A DNA stretch of 64,000 bases from Basidiobolus meristosporus CBS 931.73 (taxonomy: Eukaryota; Fungi; Basidiobolomycota): positions 62,001 to 126,000 of the forward strand of contig MCFE01000190.1 of assembly GCA_002104905.1 (NCBI GenBank), written 5' to 3'. Positions 11,329-21,699 of this stretch are shown here, one piece after another. Position numbers and translations under genes: made by a program. The first letter of the stretch is position 1; every line of letters starts with the position of its first letter. A model generated the notes under the pieces. That model ran no database searches. It saw only the letters and a list, made by a program, of their open reading frames with translations, and was not told the origin of the DNA.

Positions 11329-12972
11329 GTAGTAAAAATTTGTAATTCCACCTAAATACTCACCTAACTTAGTTACTTAGATTTTTCACTTAATGATTTA
11401 TTGAATGTAAAAGTAGTGTTGATACTTTTATATGGTCTTGGCATAACAAACATGTATAATAGGTTCAGGAAGGCCCCAAAAGCATGTGTACAAAGTTTGG
11501 GGCTGTTTGACCAACTTTGAGAATTTTCATGTTCTGGGTACCTGATATTTTGGTGAAAATATTCCAAGTAAATCCTAACAAGGATTTTGGTCAGTATTCT
11601 CTGAGATTTGAAGGTAATGATCTAAGTGACTAAGTTAGGTGAATATTTAGGTGGAATTCCAAATTTTTACAACAGATATTGGAAGTGATTGGGAGAACAA
11701 GTAGATTACGTGGTGTTCACTTAATGATTCATTGAATGCAAATGTGGTATTTATACCTCTACACAGTCTTGGCAAGACAAGCACGTGGAGTATGCTTATG
11801 AAGGTCCCAAGAACACTTGTGCAAAGCTTGAGGCTGTTTGGACAACTTAGGATATTTTATCATAACATCAGGTACCCAGAACATGAAATTTTGAAAAGTA
11901 AATCCCAACCAGGGGTTTGGTCAGAGTTCTCTAAGATTTGTGGGTAGCGATCTAATTGACTAAGTTAGGTGAATATTTAGGCGCAATTACGGATCTTTAC
12001 TAGAACAAATAGATTATGTGATTTCACTCAATGATATATTGAATGTAAAAGTATTATTTATACTTTTACCTGGCCTTGGCAAAACAAACAAGTGGAATAT
12101 GCTTAGGAAGGTTCCAACAACATGGGTGCAAAGTTTGGGGCTGTTTGGAGAACTTCAAGATTTCTAATGTTCTGGGTACCTGATGTTTTGGTGAAAGTAT
12201 TCTAAGATTTGTAGACTATGATCTAACTGACCAAGTTAGGTGAATATTTAGAGGTATTAACCAAATTTACAACATATGGGAGACCTTTGTGATCAAAGCA
12301 ATATGGTAACTGATTGGACTCCTAGTAACACCAACCACGTAAATAATTTGAAACATGACTACTTGTCAAAATCTCTTCAAAAAATATCAATTTCTTTGCC
12401 ATTTTTGTTGGGATATGCAAGAGAAGTATTGCCCTCAAAGATTCTCATGAGAATATACAGTCACAACAGCCCCTACATAATGTGTCCCGGTACCATAATA
12501 TACAAATGCTCCGGAATCGGCAGCTTTACACATTCCAAATACCATCAATGTTGCCGAATGTACATACAGATAATGAGACTCGACCTGCAAGCCACAGCTA
12601 GGCGACCTACAGCAAATGGCACATTGTCACTGAGTTGAAGAGCCTAGACACCTAAATGGTGCTAGTGTGCATCGAAATGCAGGGATCCTTGTTAATATTC
12701 ATAGTCAATTACACAAGATATCGGAAGAAATATCGCTTTTTGTAAAATAAAATGATGGATATGAAAGATATACAGAAGTAACAAAAATAAACGATTACAA
12801 TGAAAAAGAAAACTCCGGAGGATTCCAAAACGTACATATTTTTAAGTTACAATAAAAATGAAATCTATAATAAATGAATCCTCAGAAAAACGGGAATATA
12901 TATCCATATTCAATGAGTGCTGTGAATTGAGGATATTGGTAGTCAAGTCATCTGTTGTCAACTGGTATGATC

Positions 12973-13824
12973 TCACGCCCACGGTAGTCTATCACCGGGA
13001 TTGTTCATACGTAGCTCTTGATCTAGCGTCAATAGTGCAAATTTCTGGCATTCATTGTCGATAGGATCACAATCGATTAAGGTTGGCCATTCATCACATT
13101 CAGACTCCAGCTCACTTTCGGTTTCTGTTTCGAGGTCGCCCTCTGTAGTGGCAACCGATTCGTTCTCCCACTCCTCCTTGGCTAGCCAATGATCGATTCC
13201 ACCAAGCCACCCTTCGTAATCTTCGGGAGAAATCCACAGTTTCCAGTCAAGCTCTTCGAGGAACTCTCGCTCCATTGAGTTTAGCTCGTCAATTTCAAAC
13301 CCAGTAACTTCAGACCAACTTTGATTGTTGTATGACTGATCCTCAACATACTTGCTAGCTGTTAGAAGTGCAACTACGAGTACACGGTAGTCTGATCCAA
13401 ATGCGGGATTCTCAGCAAAAATGCTGGAGCTTCGTAATCGATATAAATAATTCATTCCAATTAAAACAACTGTAGACGGGATATCCGTAAATATCAATAG
13501 CCGCTGAATAAACTCCACCATCTCAGTTCTCCGGCGACGAGCGCGTACGCTGGAGCTGTGTGTGTCTGTGTAGATGTCCGGCATACTCCACAGATTACTG
13601 ACCATATCAGCTATAAAGCCCGAGAATTCGAATGTTGCCTCAACCTCCTCGCCTGTCAAACCCAGTTTTTCGACCATTCGATCGTACCCACTCCAGTCAA
13701 TGCTAGGCTTGTGCCATTTTGAATATAGTATGGGGCTGCTCCATGAAGGACAGGTTGGTGATATAGGTTGGGGCTCAAAGTCAAATCGAGGGTAGGTCTC
13801 ACTTAGAATCGATTCGACCGGCAT
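12973..13824 (-). CDS. Pcl/Clg1/Pho80-family cyclin (Pho85-type CDK partner)
   Basis: Cyclin box FIQRLLIFTDIPSTVVLIGMNYLYRL...YRVLVVALLTASKYVEDQSYNNQSWSEVTGFEIDELNSMEREFLEELDWKL; acidic C-tail. Confidence 0.9.
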   Translation of the reverse strand: MPVESILSETYPRFDFEPQPISPTCPSWSSPILYSKWHKPSIDWSGYDRMVEKLGLTGEEVEATFEFSGFIADMVSNLWSMPDIYTDTHSSSVRARRRRTEMVEFIQRLLIFTDIPSTVVLIGMNYLYRLRSSSIFAENPAFGSDYRVLVVALLTASKYVEDQSYNNQSWSEVTGFEIDELNSMEREFLEELDWKLWISPEDYEGWLGGIDHWLAKEEWENESVATTEGDLETETESELESECDEWPTLIDCDPIDNECQKFALLTLDQELRMNNPGDRLPWA

Positions 13825-13878
13825 GTCTGTTAGCGACAGATGTCAAGCAGGTGTGTTGTGTGATTGAGAGTGAGTGTT

Positions 13879-13896
13879 TGTGTGTGTGTGTGTGTG
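13879..13896. repeat. (TG)9 microsatellite 55 bp upstream of the cyclin start
   Basis: Read directly. Confidence 0.9.
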
Positions 13897-16417
13897 CTTT
13901 CCAGAATGTACAATAAAGCTTTTCGACTGCAAGCGTCCGAGCTCGGTTGGTAGATGCCTTCTAGATATATATAGTGCTGTCTGATAATTAGATCACGAGA
14001 TCAACAATAGTTGAGATGAGCACGGAATATACCTAATGACCTAACTGCTGACTTGAGATCAAGCCAAACTGAATCAACAAAAATGTGACGGTTCGAATGG
14101 CTTGGGATATATTCTCAGTACGCTCAATCTGTTCAAGGTGAACTTCAATCACCTCAAATGGTAGATTGATTGAGACGGTCTGGATCTTGATAGTTTTGGG
14201 TGTTAGGATATCTATGCTGGCCAATTGGTAAGTGTCCTGCGAGGGTCCAGGGTTGGTATGAGAATTAACGTCTAGACCACAGGATCAGGTAACGAGGAAC
14301 TGCCTACCTTTGTAGTAGGGACACACCTAGAATGTAGATACCAAATGGATATGACTGCTAAGTGATCACAGCCTTTTGCCCGATTCGAATTCAAAACTTG
14401 ATGAGAAGATTTACAGTGCACTGATGCGAGAACTGTACGGAATACAATGGGAATACTATAGGGAAGTTGTGCGATACACAACTCTAACAAAAGTAACTTG
14501 TTTTAAAAGGAAGTGAGATGTTTAACACCACGAGGGGCGTGAGGTATAGGGAGCCACCCAGACCGTTTTATACTGGGATGGTGATGTTTTAGCTTGGGTC
14601 AACTGTGGTTTCACACCCTCATGTTTCATATGCCCATGCGTATTCCACAAAATATCCTGTATTCCTTTGCATCGGGAGTCCGTTATGGTTTGCTAACAAA
14701 GAATCAATCGGATCAAGCACACGCTAATTAATAGATCTTAAAAACAAGTTCATTTCAAATTACTTCCTACTTTCAATAAGAAATTTTCTTTTTTAGACAT
14801 ATATAATTTAGCGGCGGCCAATTAGGTTCTGGTGAATGGACATTGTAGACAAGTAGGACTTCAAGCTTCTTTCGTGGACATTGGCTAATAGCCATGCGTA
14901 AAGCCTTGCATTGGCAGCGTTTCAAATAATCACTGATATGGCCCATGGTATATTCATCAGCTATGGATCGAGGGCAAATCACATCTACGCAATTTAGCGT
15001 GAATCGGTGGTTTCACCCTTTCATACCATTCAAGCAGTGCTATACGCCCACTTGCCAGTGACTGTTGTCTCTTTGGAATCTCCGCCCTTTACCATAGTCC
15101 CGTTTGGTATGAATCACCTCGTAGACAGATTGAAGCCCCTTCAAACACAATGGCATGGTAACCCATCCATTCTGTACACAAACATCCTGCGCTCTGGACT
15201 CATAGTCAAGTGGTGCATTATCCTGCCATTTGTCTGTATGATCTTCACACTTCTCTCTCAGCATTTTGGATATATGTAATTGGTACGTTCTGTATTGTTT
15301 CCAAGCATATTTTAGGGATAACATTGAATTCAGTAGACTTTTGCTGCAGTCTCCCAAATAGGATACTTTCCAGCAGCCATTCCTTTCCAAGACTACGACA
15401 TATGTAATATGCCACAAACTTTCATGACTCAGTTTTTGTTCGTGGCCTGGTAAGCACTAGAATCATATTTCAGCACCAAGTGAGAAATGGCAAAAAGGAA
15501 ATTTAGCACTCGTCCCTACCTGTACACCACATCAGCAATTTGTACATATATGCGGTAACCCATCATGAATTGATTAGACTCGGAACCACATACATTGTTA
15601 CGATAGTCGCCATATATAATATACTTCGCCTACATGATGTGCATGATGCACTGTGTATCTATTAATTCTTTCTTGAATAAAATGGACTTTGTCTATCACA
15701 GCTTGATTATCCATCCATTCTTTGTGGAATTGGATCTAGCCATACTGGCCACTCACAATTGAGTCATCCCCTTGATCCCCTACTATATGTGTACCACCGA
15801 AGTTGAGTGGGAATAGACTGCATCTACTGTCCTACAATGAGGTCATTTTAGGCAGGCGGTATTGTCCCTCTCAATAAAACCCTAAACTAGGGACGCTAGG
15901 TTAAACAAACTGCATTGAGGTATAGGCTTTTGCCATACATATATACATACATAAATGTTCGTATCTTTTTATTACTGCATTTAAAATACGATGATTAATT
16001 TAACCGAAGATTCTTCATTCCTTTCTTGATATGATGAAATAGAACATATTAGTACATTCATATAACTCCAAGTCCCTCGTCCATCTTACCAAAGAAGAAT
16101 GATGGGTCTGCTGTCGAGATGGGCCTTCAAAGGACTTCACAGGCCTAGGCAGATTTATATACGTACAATAGAGTAAAGCTCGAAGTTCAATCGGCACTCA
16201 TGGTCACGTCATTTATACTTTGGAGACAAAAAGCCATTCACAGTCAGATTCGAGAATCATATATGGTCTAGTATACCTCAAATGAAATCAACAAACAATA
16301 TGTGGTGCTGCGCTATCTATTCAAACAAGCTATAGGTGTCATCCTTAGCCTTACTGAGTTTACAACATCTACCCCACGTATTCTATCCTTTACAACACTC
16401 ACAGATACAAGCTGTCA

Positions 16418-16520
16418 GATAAGGGTATTATTCCAATCCAGTCGCACTAATTGTGCCTTTTAGAAACGCACATTACCCCAACCAACTTTCCCCAAATAGT
16501 GCGATTTCGCATTATAAATA
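16418..16520 (+). promoter_or_regulatory. Ferritin promoter: GATAA (16418), CCAAT-N12-ATT (16433-16452), palindrome TGCGATTTCGCA (16500-16511), TATAAATA (16513-16520)
   Basis: Motifs read directly; the TATA box is 47 bp before the ATG; function inferred. Confidence 0.4.
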
Positions 16521-16566
16521 ATACTCGAGGAGCCCAAGACAAAATCAGCATCTTTATTTTTTGAAA

Positions 16567-17082
16567 ATGTCACTCGCCAAACAAAACTTTGCTATTGCCT
16601 CGGAAGAGGGCCTCAATAACCAGATCAATATGGAGCTAACCGCCTCATACACCTATACATCCCTTGCTGCTTACTTCGATCGGGACAATGTTGCTCTTCC
16701 AGGTTTGGTCAAGTTTTTCCGTGAAAGTGCTATTGAGGAGCGTGAGCATGCTCAAATGTTGATTGACTACGTTAACCAACGTGGAGGACGTGTTACCTTC
16801 CAACCTATTCCCGCCCCCAACGTTGAATGGCAATCGGCCAAACATGCAATTGAGGCGACATTACAGTTGGAAAAAGATGTCAACAAGTCCTTACTTAATG
16901 TTCATAATATTTCGGCTGAGCAGGGTGACCCTCAGCTATGTGACTTCCTTGAAAGCCACTTCCTTACTGAGCAAGTCGAAGCCATCAAGAAAATCTCTGA
17001 TATGTTAACCCAACTTAATCTAGTTGGTGGTGACTCCCTTGGACTTTACTTGTGGGACCAAAATCTCTTGAACAAGAACTAG
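16567..17082 (+). CDS. Ferritin (eukaryotic H-type, ferroxidase centre intact), intronless
   Basis: QINMELTASYTY, RDNVALPG, EEREHAQMLIDYVNQRGGRV, ALQLEKDVNKSLL-like, DPQLCDFLESHFLTEQVEAIKKI, LGLYLWD. Confidence 0.97.
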   Translation: MSLAKQNFAIASEEGLNNQINMELTASYTYTSLAAYFDRDNVALPGLVKFFRESAIEEREHAQMLIDYVNQRGGRVTFQPIPAPNVEWQSAKHAIEATLQLEKDVNKSLLNVHNISAEQGDPQLCDFLESHFLTEQVEAIKKISDMLTQLNLVGGDSLGLYLWDQNLLNKN

Positions 17083-17994
17083 ACCAGTATGATGTATCAA
17101 AACAATCGCATAAATTTGTAGAATATAATAAAATCTCGATACATTTAAGTTCCTCCCCATTTGCCATCCAAATCAAATGAATGTATCCAATGCCGAATTG
17201 CTCCACTCACTGTCTAATACGATGCGTATATTATCCACAAATCTTGGCTTTAAACTACAGTACCAAGTGAATCAGCCTATGCATGAGTGTCTCCGTAGTT
17301 TACCATTGGTGCATCATGGGGGGTTTACAAATCGTCAATCGTGACTTCCTCTGGATGTTCTTCAGCTTTGATACATTACCTTCTTGATGTCATGATGTTA
17401 ATATCGTTAGCCCTTGTTTATCCAATGAGCTCGCGTAGCCCTCCAGTCGCCAAAGCGCGAGGAAATCGTGTCACCAAGGAAAAAAATCGGGATCGGATCA
17501 TGGGAGTTGGGGCTATCAACATCGAAAGATCTAAAAATCAAAAAGTCAATACGTACTCGCGTCTAGATCTAAACAGGATTATTTATGCTATTCACTCGCG
17601 TCATATTCGATTTCCACTTTTTTTTTCCAGATTCATTCATTCAATATCTATCGTTTCTCTCAGGAAACATCTTTCACTAATTATCCATCCGGCCGCCTCT
17701 TTACTAACCTTTCTTGTTATTCCCTTGAAGTGTCATTAGTTACGAACTATATTTGTTGGTTTCCACTCGCCAAATCAACACCAACACAAGAGATAGTGAC
17801 CACTGATTGAACCATTTATTCTAATCGGAGCAAAGGTTATTTCAAATATGTTCCGCGTTTTATTTAGATGAAAACCCCTAATCTAGTTTTTCCATTTTAC
17901 CTTTTGTACTATAGGTTGTTTTGAAAGTCGCCGATTGACAGCAACATATATATACATATCTATCGTTCTTTCGGCTCTGGCCTCTCCCTACTGA

Positions 17995-20900
17995 ATGAAC
18001 ACGTCTAGACTCGATCGATCAGATATTTCTTTCGAGGAAGGCCAATCTAGCCGTATTACTCGGTCTATGTCTCGTGCTTTTCGCGAAAATGAGAAAAAGA
18101 ATGGGGAAGTAAATATATCTACCGCATTTAAACTTCAGAATTCCAATGATTCGTTACGTGAACGTTTTCCTGGATATACCAATACTGGTGCTATGGCCAG
18201 AACTACCGTGACAAGTAAAAAGCATACTCGGGAGACTTTTATTTCGCGTCATACTCAAGTTAACAGACTAAAATACAAGCCAATGGTCGAGGAAAGCAGT
18301 AGTGAGGATGAGGAGATAGTGGAATCAACTTTCTCCACTTTCTCAAGTGGTGTCTCAGGATCGCCCTTGCGAAAAAGTCCCATCATTCACAAGACTCCAA
18401 AAAAAACGCCCGGGATCGGTCAGCGCTTGGTTAGCTCTATCGTTACTCATACGCCTCAGTGGATTCGAGGCTCATTCTCAACCTCTCAACCTACCAGAAC
18501 GATTTATCGTGACAGTCCACACACAAATAGAGAAGAAGCAGCAGATGATGAGATTAATGACGATGCTTCAAATACGTTGTACATGATGGCTGGTAGATAT
18601 CACCTTGAGTCCGGTGATAAAGCTGCTGTAAATCTGGTAAAGAACTCCGACGGCGAAGTAGAGTATGGATCAGAGTCATCTGACGATAGTGATAAAGAGG
18701 TAGATGCCAAAAGCTGGCAGCCGGGAGTAGCTAGCTTTGGTCAGCACAAATCTGTACCAAAGCCGAAAAGTAACATTCCCGTCGACTTAGGTGACGATAT
18801 GGATTATGATAGTAAACATCATACGGAGATACAGCTAGGTCCCGGGATTGGTGATACGATCTTCACCTACGTATCGTATCTGGGGCAATTTCTCTCGAAG
18901 CTTTTCGTATGGCTTCAAGCCGGATCCCGAGTATGCTACAGCATTTCCAGAGACTTTCTCACTTCATTTGATTGGAGTTACCCTCTTCGATTAGCGCTTT
19001 CGGGTCTTGTTATAGCCATAAACGCTGCTGTTAGTGCTCATCGCGTTCTTCATCGGAAGCTTGGATCATTCGCACCACTATTCTACACGATACTTTTATT
19101 AGGCCTCCTATGGTCCGGTATAGGCGAGCAAAAGCGAGATAAGATATACCAGCAGGTTGGCAACACCCGTGATCAACTTGTAGATAAAGCTTATAATCGG
19201 GCGCATATTGCTAAAGAGGAGCTATATAGCCATGCCAACATTGCCAGAGAGGAGATATACAACCAGGCCAATATAGCCAAGAAGGGAATCTACAATCGGG
19301 CCCATAGCGCATTGAACAAACTGGACGAAGCTAAAGAAAAAATCTACAGCCAAGCACGCGATGTTCAGGATCAGGTTGCCAGTAAGGCCTACGATGCGCG
19401 CAATCGAATTGTTAACAAAGCCCAGGACACTTGGGAAAAGGGCTACCAGATTATTGATCGAGTCAAGGCAAAGATCCCACAACCAACAGATATTTCCCGT
19501 CCATCGTTCGAGTTTAATCACCCAGAAGAAGAGGCCGACCAAATTGTTGAAGACGACAAGAGTACCGATGCAGTGGTTTCACCGGAAGTAGCTGAACCGT
19601 ACGTGGATAGCCACAAACCCGATCCAAAGTCACCATCTGTAGAGGAAGTTGAGGCCAAGAAAATCGGGGTTCCCAGAGTTAACTGGTCAGTATTTTCACC
19701 CTCTTCCTTCAGTTGGCCCGCGTTTTCATGGCCAAAGGTCGACTTCACAACGTTCCAACTGCCGTCGATCTCCATGCCTTCTTTGCCTCTACCTGAGCTT
19801 CCAGAATTTCCGTCGATAGATATTCAGAAGATAATTCCTATTGAGTGGTTCAAGGCTTTAGTATCGAAAGTGTATCCACCGTCGTTTGAAATCCCCAAGG
19901 TCAAGTTCCCAGAATTTCACTGGCCTACGTTTGACTTGCCTCAATTCAACTGGCCTAACTTCCAATTGGGAAGTTTTGAGCTTCCAACTATCGAATTCCC
20001 AAAACTGACTATCAAGCGACCATCATTTCCCAAAATCAACTTGCCCAATCTCGCATTACCAAAATTACCGGAGCTAAACCTATCTACTTGGACTTTGGCA
20101 AATCTCATGCCGGAATTTTCGTGGCCCGATTTCTCGTGGTTAAACCCATTCTCATCCAAGCCTTCTCAAGATCTTCAAACCCCAACACCTATTACAGTCG
20201 AGCAATTCCGTAATCGACTTGTAGGACTTGAGTATTCGATCAGAAAACTAGCTATCGTCGCCGAAGTTCTAATAGAGGAAAGTGAGAGTTTGAGCAAACA
20301 TGAAAGTCTCACTTCACAAACTAGAGCGAAGTTCCTTCAAGATTTTAATCGGATCAGAAGAGATCTCAAGCAAGAACTGTCAGTTTTAAGCGGGCAGGAT
20401 GAAGTGGTTCAAAAATTGGCTGATACTATCAATTCAAGACAAGAAGAATTATCCGCCATCGAGCGCCAGGTCAAGGGCATTGTTAGCGAAGTAGATTTGA
20501 TCTCCAAACATGTTGATGAGGTAGATCAGAATATTGTTGATGTTAATCAACAGCTGGATGGAGTGAACGAGAAGATCTCCCATGCCTCTGACTGGAGCCG
20601 TCTTGAGAAGTATGTCATTGACACTTTGGACAGGGTCCTCCCAACCCACTTGGTCGTCCAACGGAGGGAAGATGGTAGCATCTATATGAGCCCAGAGCTC
20701 TACAAGCAGCTTACCAATCTGCTTATTCTCAAGGAGAAGATTGATACTTCGGTCGATGATGAGATCGAGAATCAAAAGAAGCATATACCTAAGCATGATT
20801 TCAAGAGCCGCTGGGAAAACTATTTTAAGGAAAATGAGGATCTCCTCAGTCGGTTGGTCCAACAAGATCTGCAGGAAGAAGTGAAGTACCACATTGAACA

Positions 20901-21699
20901 AGGTGCTATCTTACACAAAAACGATTTCATTTCAATACTTGAGCCACACTTGGAACAGTTGAGGGAAGATCTAATTGCTCATGTAGATGTGGACATTTCT
21001 AATGTTGAAAGGGAGATGGATGAAGAGCTCGAGAAAACCGAGTTGGAGCGCAAAGAACGCAGAGAAAAGCATCTCAAGGCAGTTGGTCTCATTGAGGATC
21101 TGATCCAAGGTACACTCTTCAAGCATACCGCCGATACTATCGCCAAGCCTGACTTCGCCATGTATTCCGCTGGTGCGCGTGTCATTACCAAGTTAACTTC
21201 TCCCAGCTATCTGCCTCAGACTGGATCCTTCCTTGGCAAACTCGCCCAGGTGTTTGGAATCAATACACGTAAGAATGGGAACCCACCAGCAATAGCCATG
21301 GATCCTGATACCCATCTCGGTAGATGCTGGGCTTTCCCGGGATCCCAGGGACAGCTTACCATTCAGCTCTCACGCACCATCAATGCTACTGATTTCACCA
21401 TAGAGCATGTCGATCAACAGGTTGCAATTGATCTCCGTAGTGCACCTAAAAATATCGAAGTTTACGGATTCATCCATGAACCAACTGATAGTGTGGAAGA
21501 TGATCTGGAGGAATATAACAGATTCCTGCTTGGTCGATTTGAGTTTGATCCTAAGGAACATCCAATTCAAACATTCTCCGCGATCTCTGAGCGTCAAGTC
21601 AAATACGTCCAGCTGCGTGTTCTTAGCAACCATGGTCATCCTGATTTCACCTGCATCTACAGATTTAGAGTTCATGGAAAGTTGAACGAAGAGGATTAG
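17995..21699 (+). CDS. SUN-domain (Sad1/Mps3/UNC-84-like) nuclear envelope protein, 1234 aa
   Basis: C-terminal SUN domain (PDFAMYSAGARV...GRCWAFPGSQGQLTIQLS...FTIEHV...SAPKNIEVYG...QLRVLSNHGHPDFTCIYRFRVHG), preceding coiled coil, central hydrophobic segments, basic/acidic disordered N-terminus. Confidence 0.93.
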   Translation: MNTSRLDRSDISFEEGQSSRITRSMSRAFRENEKKNGEVNISTAFKLQNSNDSLRERFPGYTNTGAMARTTVTSKKHTRETFISRHTQVNRLKYKPMVEESSSEDEEIVESTFSTFSSGVSGSPLRKSPIIHKTPKKTPGIGQRLVSSIVTHTPQWIRGSFSTSQPTRTIYRDSPHTNREEAADDEINDDASNTLYMMAGRYHLESGDKAAVNLVKNSDGEVEYGSESSDDSDKEVDAKSWQPGVASFGQHKSVPKPKSNIPVDLGDDMDYDSKHHTEIQLGPGIGDTIFTYVSYLGQFLSKLFVWLQAGSRVCYSISRDFLTSFDWSYPLRLALSGLVIAINAAVSAHRVLHRKLGSFAPLFYTILLLGLLWSGIGEQKRDKIYQQVGNTRDQLVDKAYNRAHIAKEELYSHANIAREEIYNQANIAKKGIYNRAHSALNKLDEAKEKIYSQARDVQDQVASKAYDARNRIVNKAQDTWEKGYQIIDRVKAKIPQPTDISRPSFEFNHPEEEADQIVEDDKSTDAVVSPEVAEPYVDSHKPDPKSPSVEEVEAKKIGVPRVNWSVFSPSSFSWPAFSWPKVDFTTFQLPSISMPSLPLPELPEFPSIDIQKIIPIEWFKALVSKVYPPSFEIPKVKFPEFHWPTFDLPQFNWPNFQLGSFELPTIEFPKLTIKRPSFPKINLPNLALPKLPELNLSTWTLANLMPEFSWPDFSWLNPFSSKPSQDLQTPTPITVEQFRNRLVGLEYSIRKLAIVAEVLIEESESLSKHESLTSQTRAKFLQDFNRIRRDLKQELSVLSGQDEVVQKLADTINSRQEELSAIERQVKGIVSEVDLISKHVDEVDQNIVDVNQQLDGVNEKISHASDWSRLEKYVIDTLDRVLPTHLVVQRREDGSIYMSPELYKQLTNLLILKEKIDTSVDDEIENQKKHIPKHDFKSRWENYFKENEDLLSRLVQQDLQEEVKYHIEQGAILHKNDFISILEPHLEQLREDLIAHVDVDISNVEREMDEELEKTELERKERREKHLKAVGLIEDLIQGTLFKHTADTIAKPDFAMYSAGARVITKLTSPSYLPQTGSFLGKLAQVFGINTRKNGNPPAIAMDPDTHLGRCWAFPGSQGQLTIQLSRTINATDFTIEHVDQQVAIDLRSAPKNIEVYGFIHEPTDSVEDDLEEYNRFLLGRFEFDPKEHPIQTFSAISERQVKYVQLRVLSNHGHPDFTCIYRFRVHGKLNEED

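Larger units (their letters stand above)
9819..12274. mobile_element. Cluster of ~7 Ty1/copia-like LTR copies in an inverted arrangement: + copies 9819-10129, 10132-10477, 10478-10696; - copies 10897-11242, 11383-11673, 11674-11999, 12000-12274; short stubs 10834-10896 (-) and 11329-11382 (+)
   Basis: ~346-349-bp unit bounded by TGTTG...CAACA; in + orientation TATAAATA (10379) is followed by AATAAA (10401); followed by PBS-like site and gag motif; same unit at 36259 and 45798. Confidence 0.8.

Noticed and set aside
9907-11947. Short ORFs sharing SINTTFTFNK-like peptides, suggesting a repeat protein
   Set aside because: They are translations of the LTR copies; frames break differently in each copy.
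9819-12274. CRISPR array or satellite interpretation of the repeat cluster
   Set aside because: Units are ~350 bp with no unique spacers, occur in both orientations and carry LTR hallmarks; the host is eukaryotic.
14773-15417. Minus-strand frames with IS3- or hAT-like wording (GHISDYL...KALRMAIS)
   Set aside because: No catalytic DDE context and inconsistent motif spacing; cannot be supported without a search.
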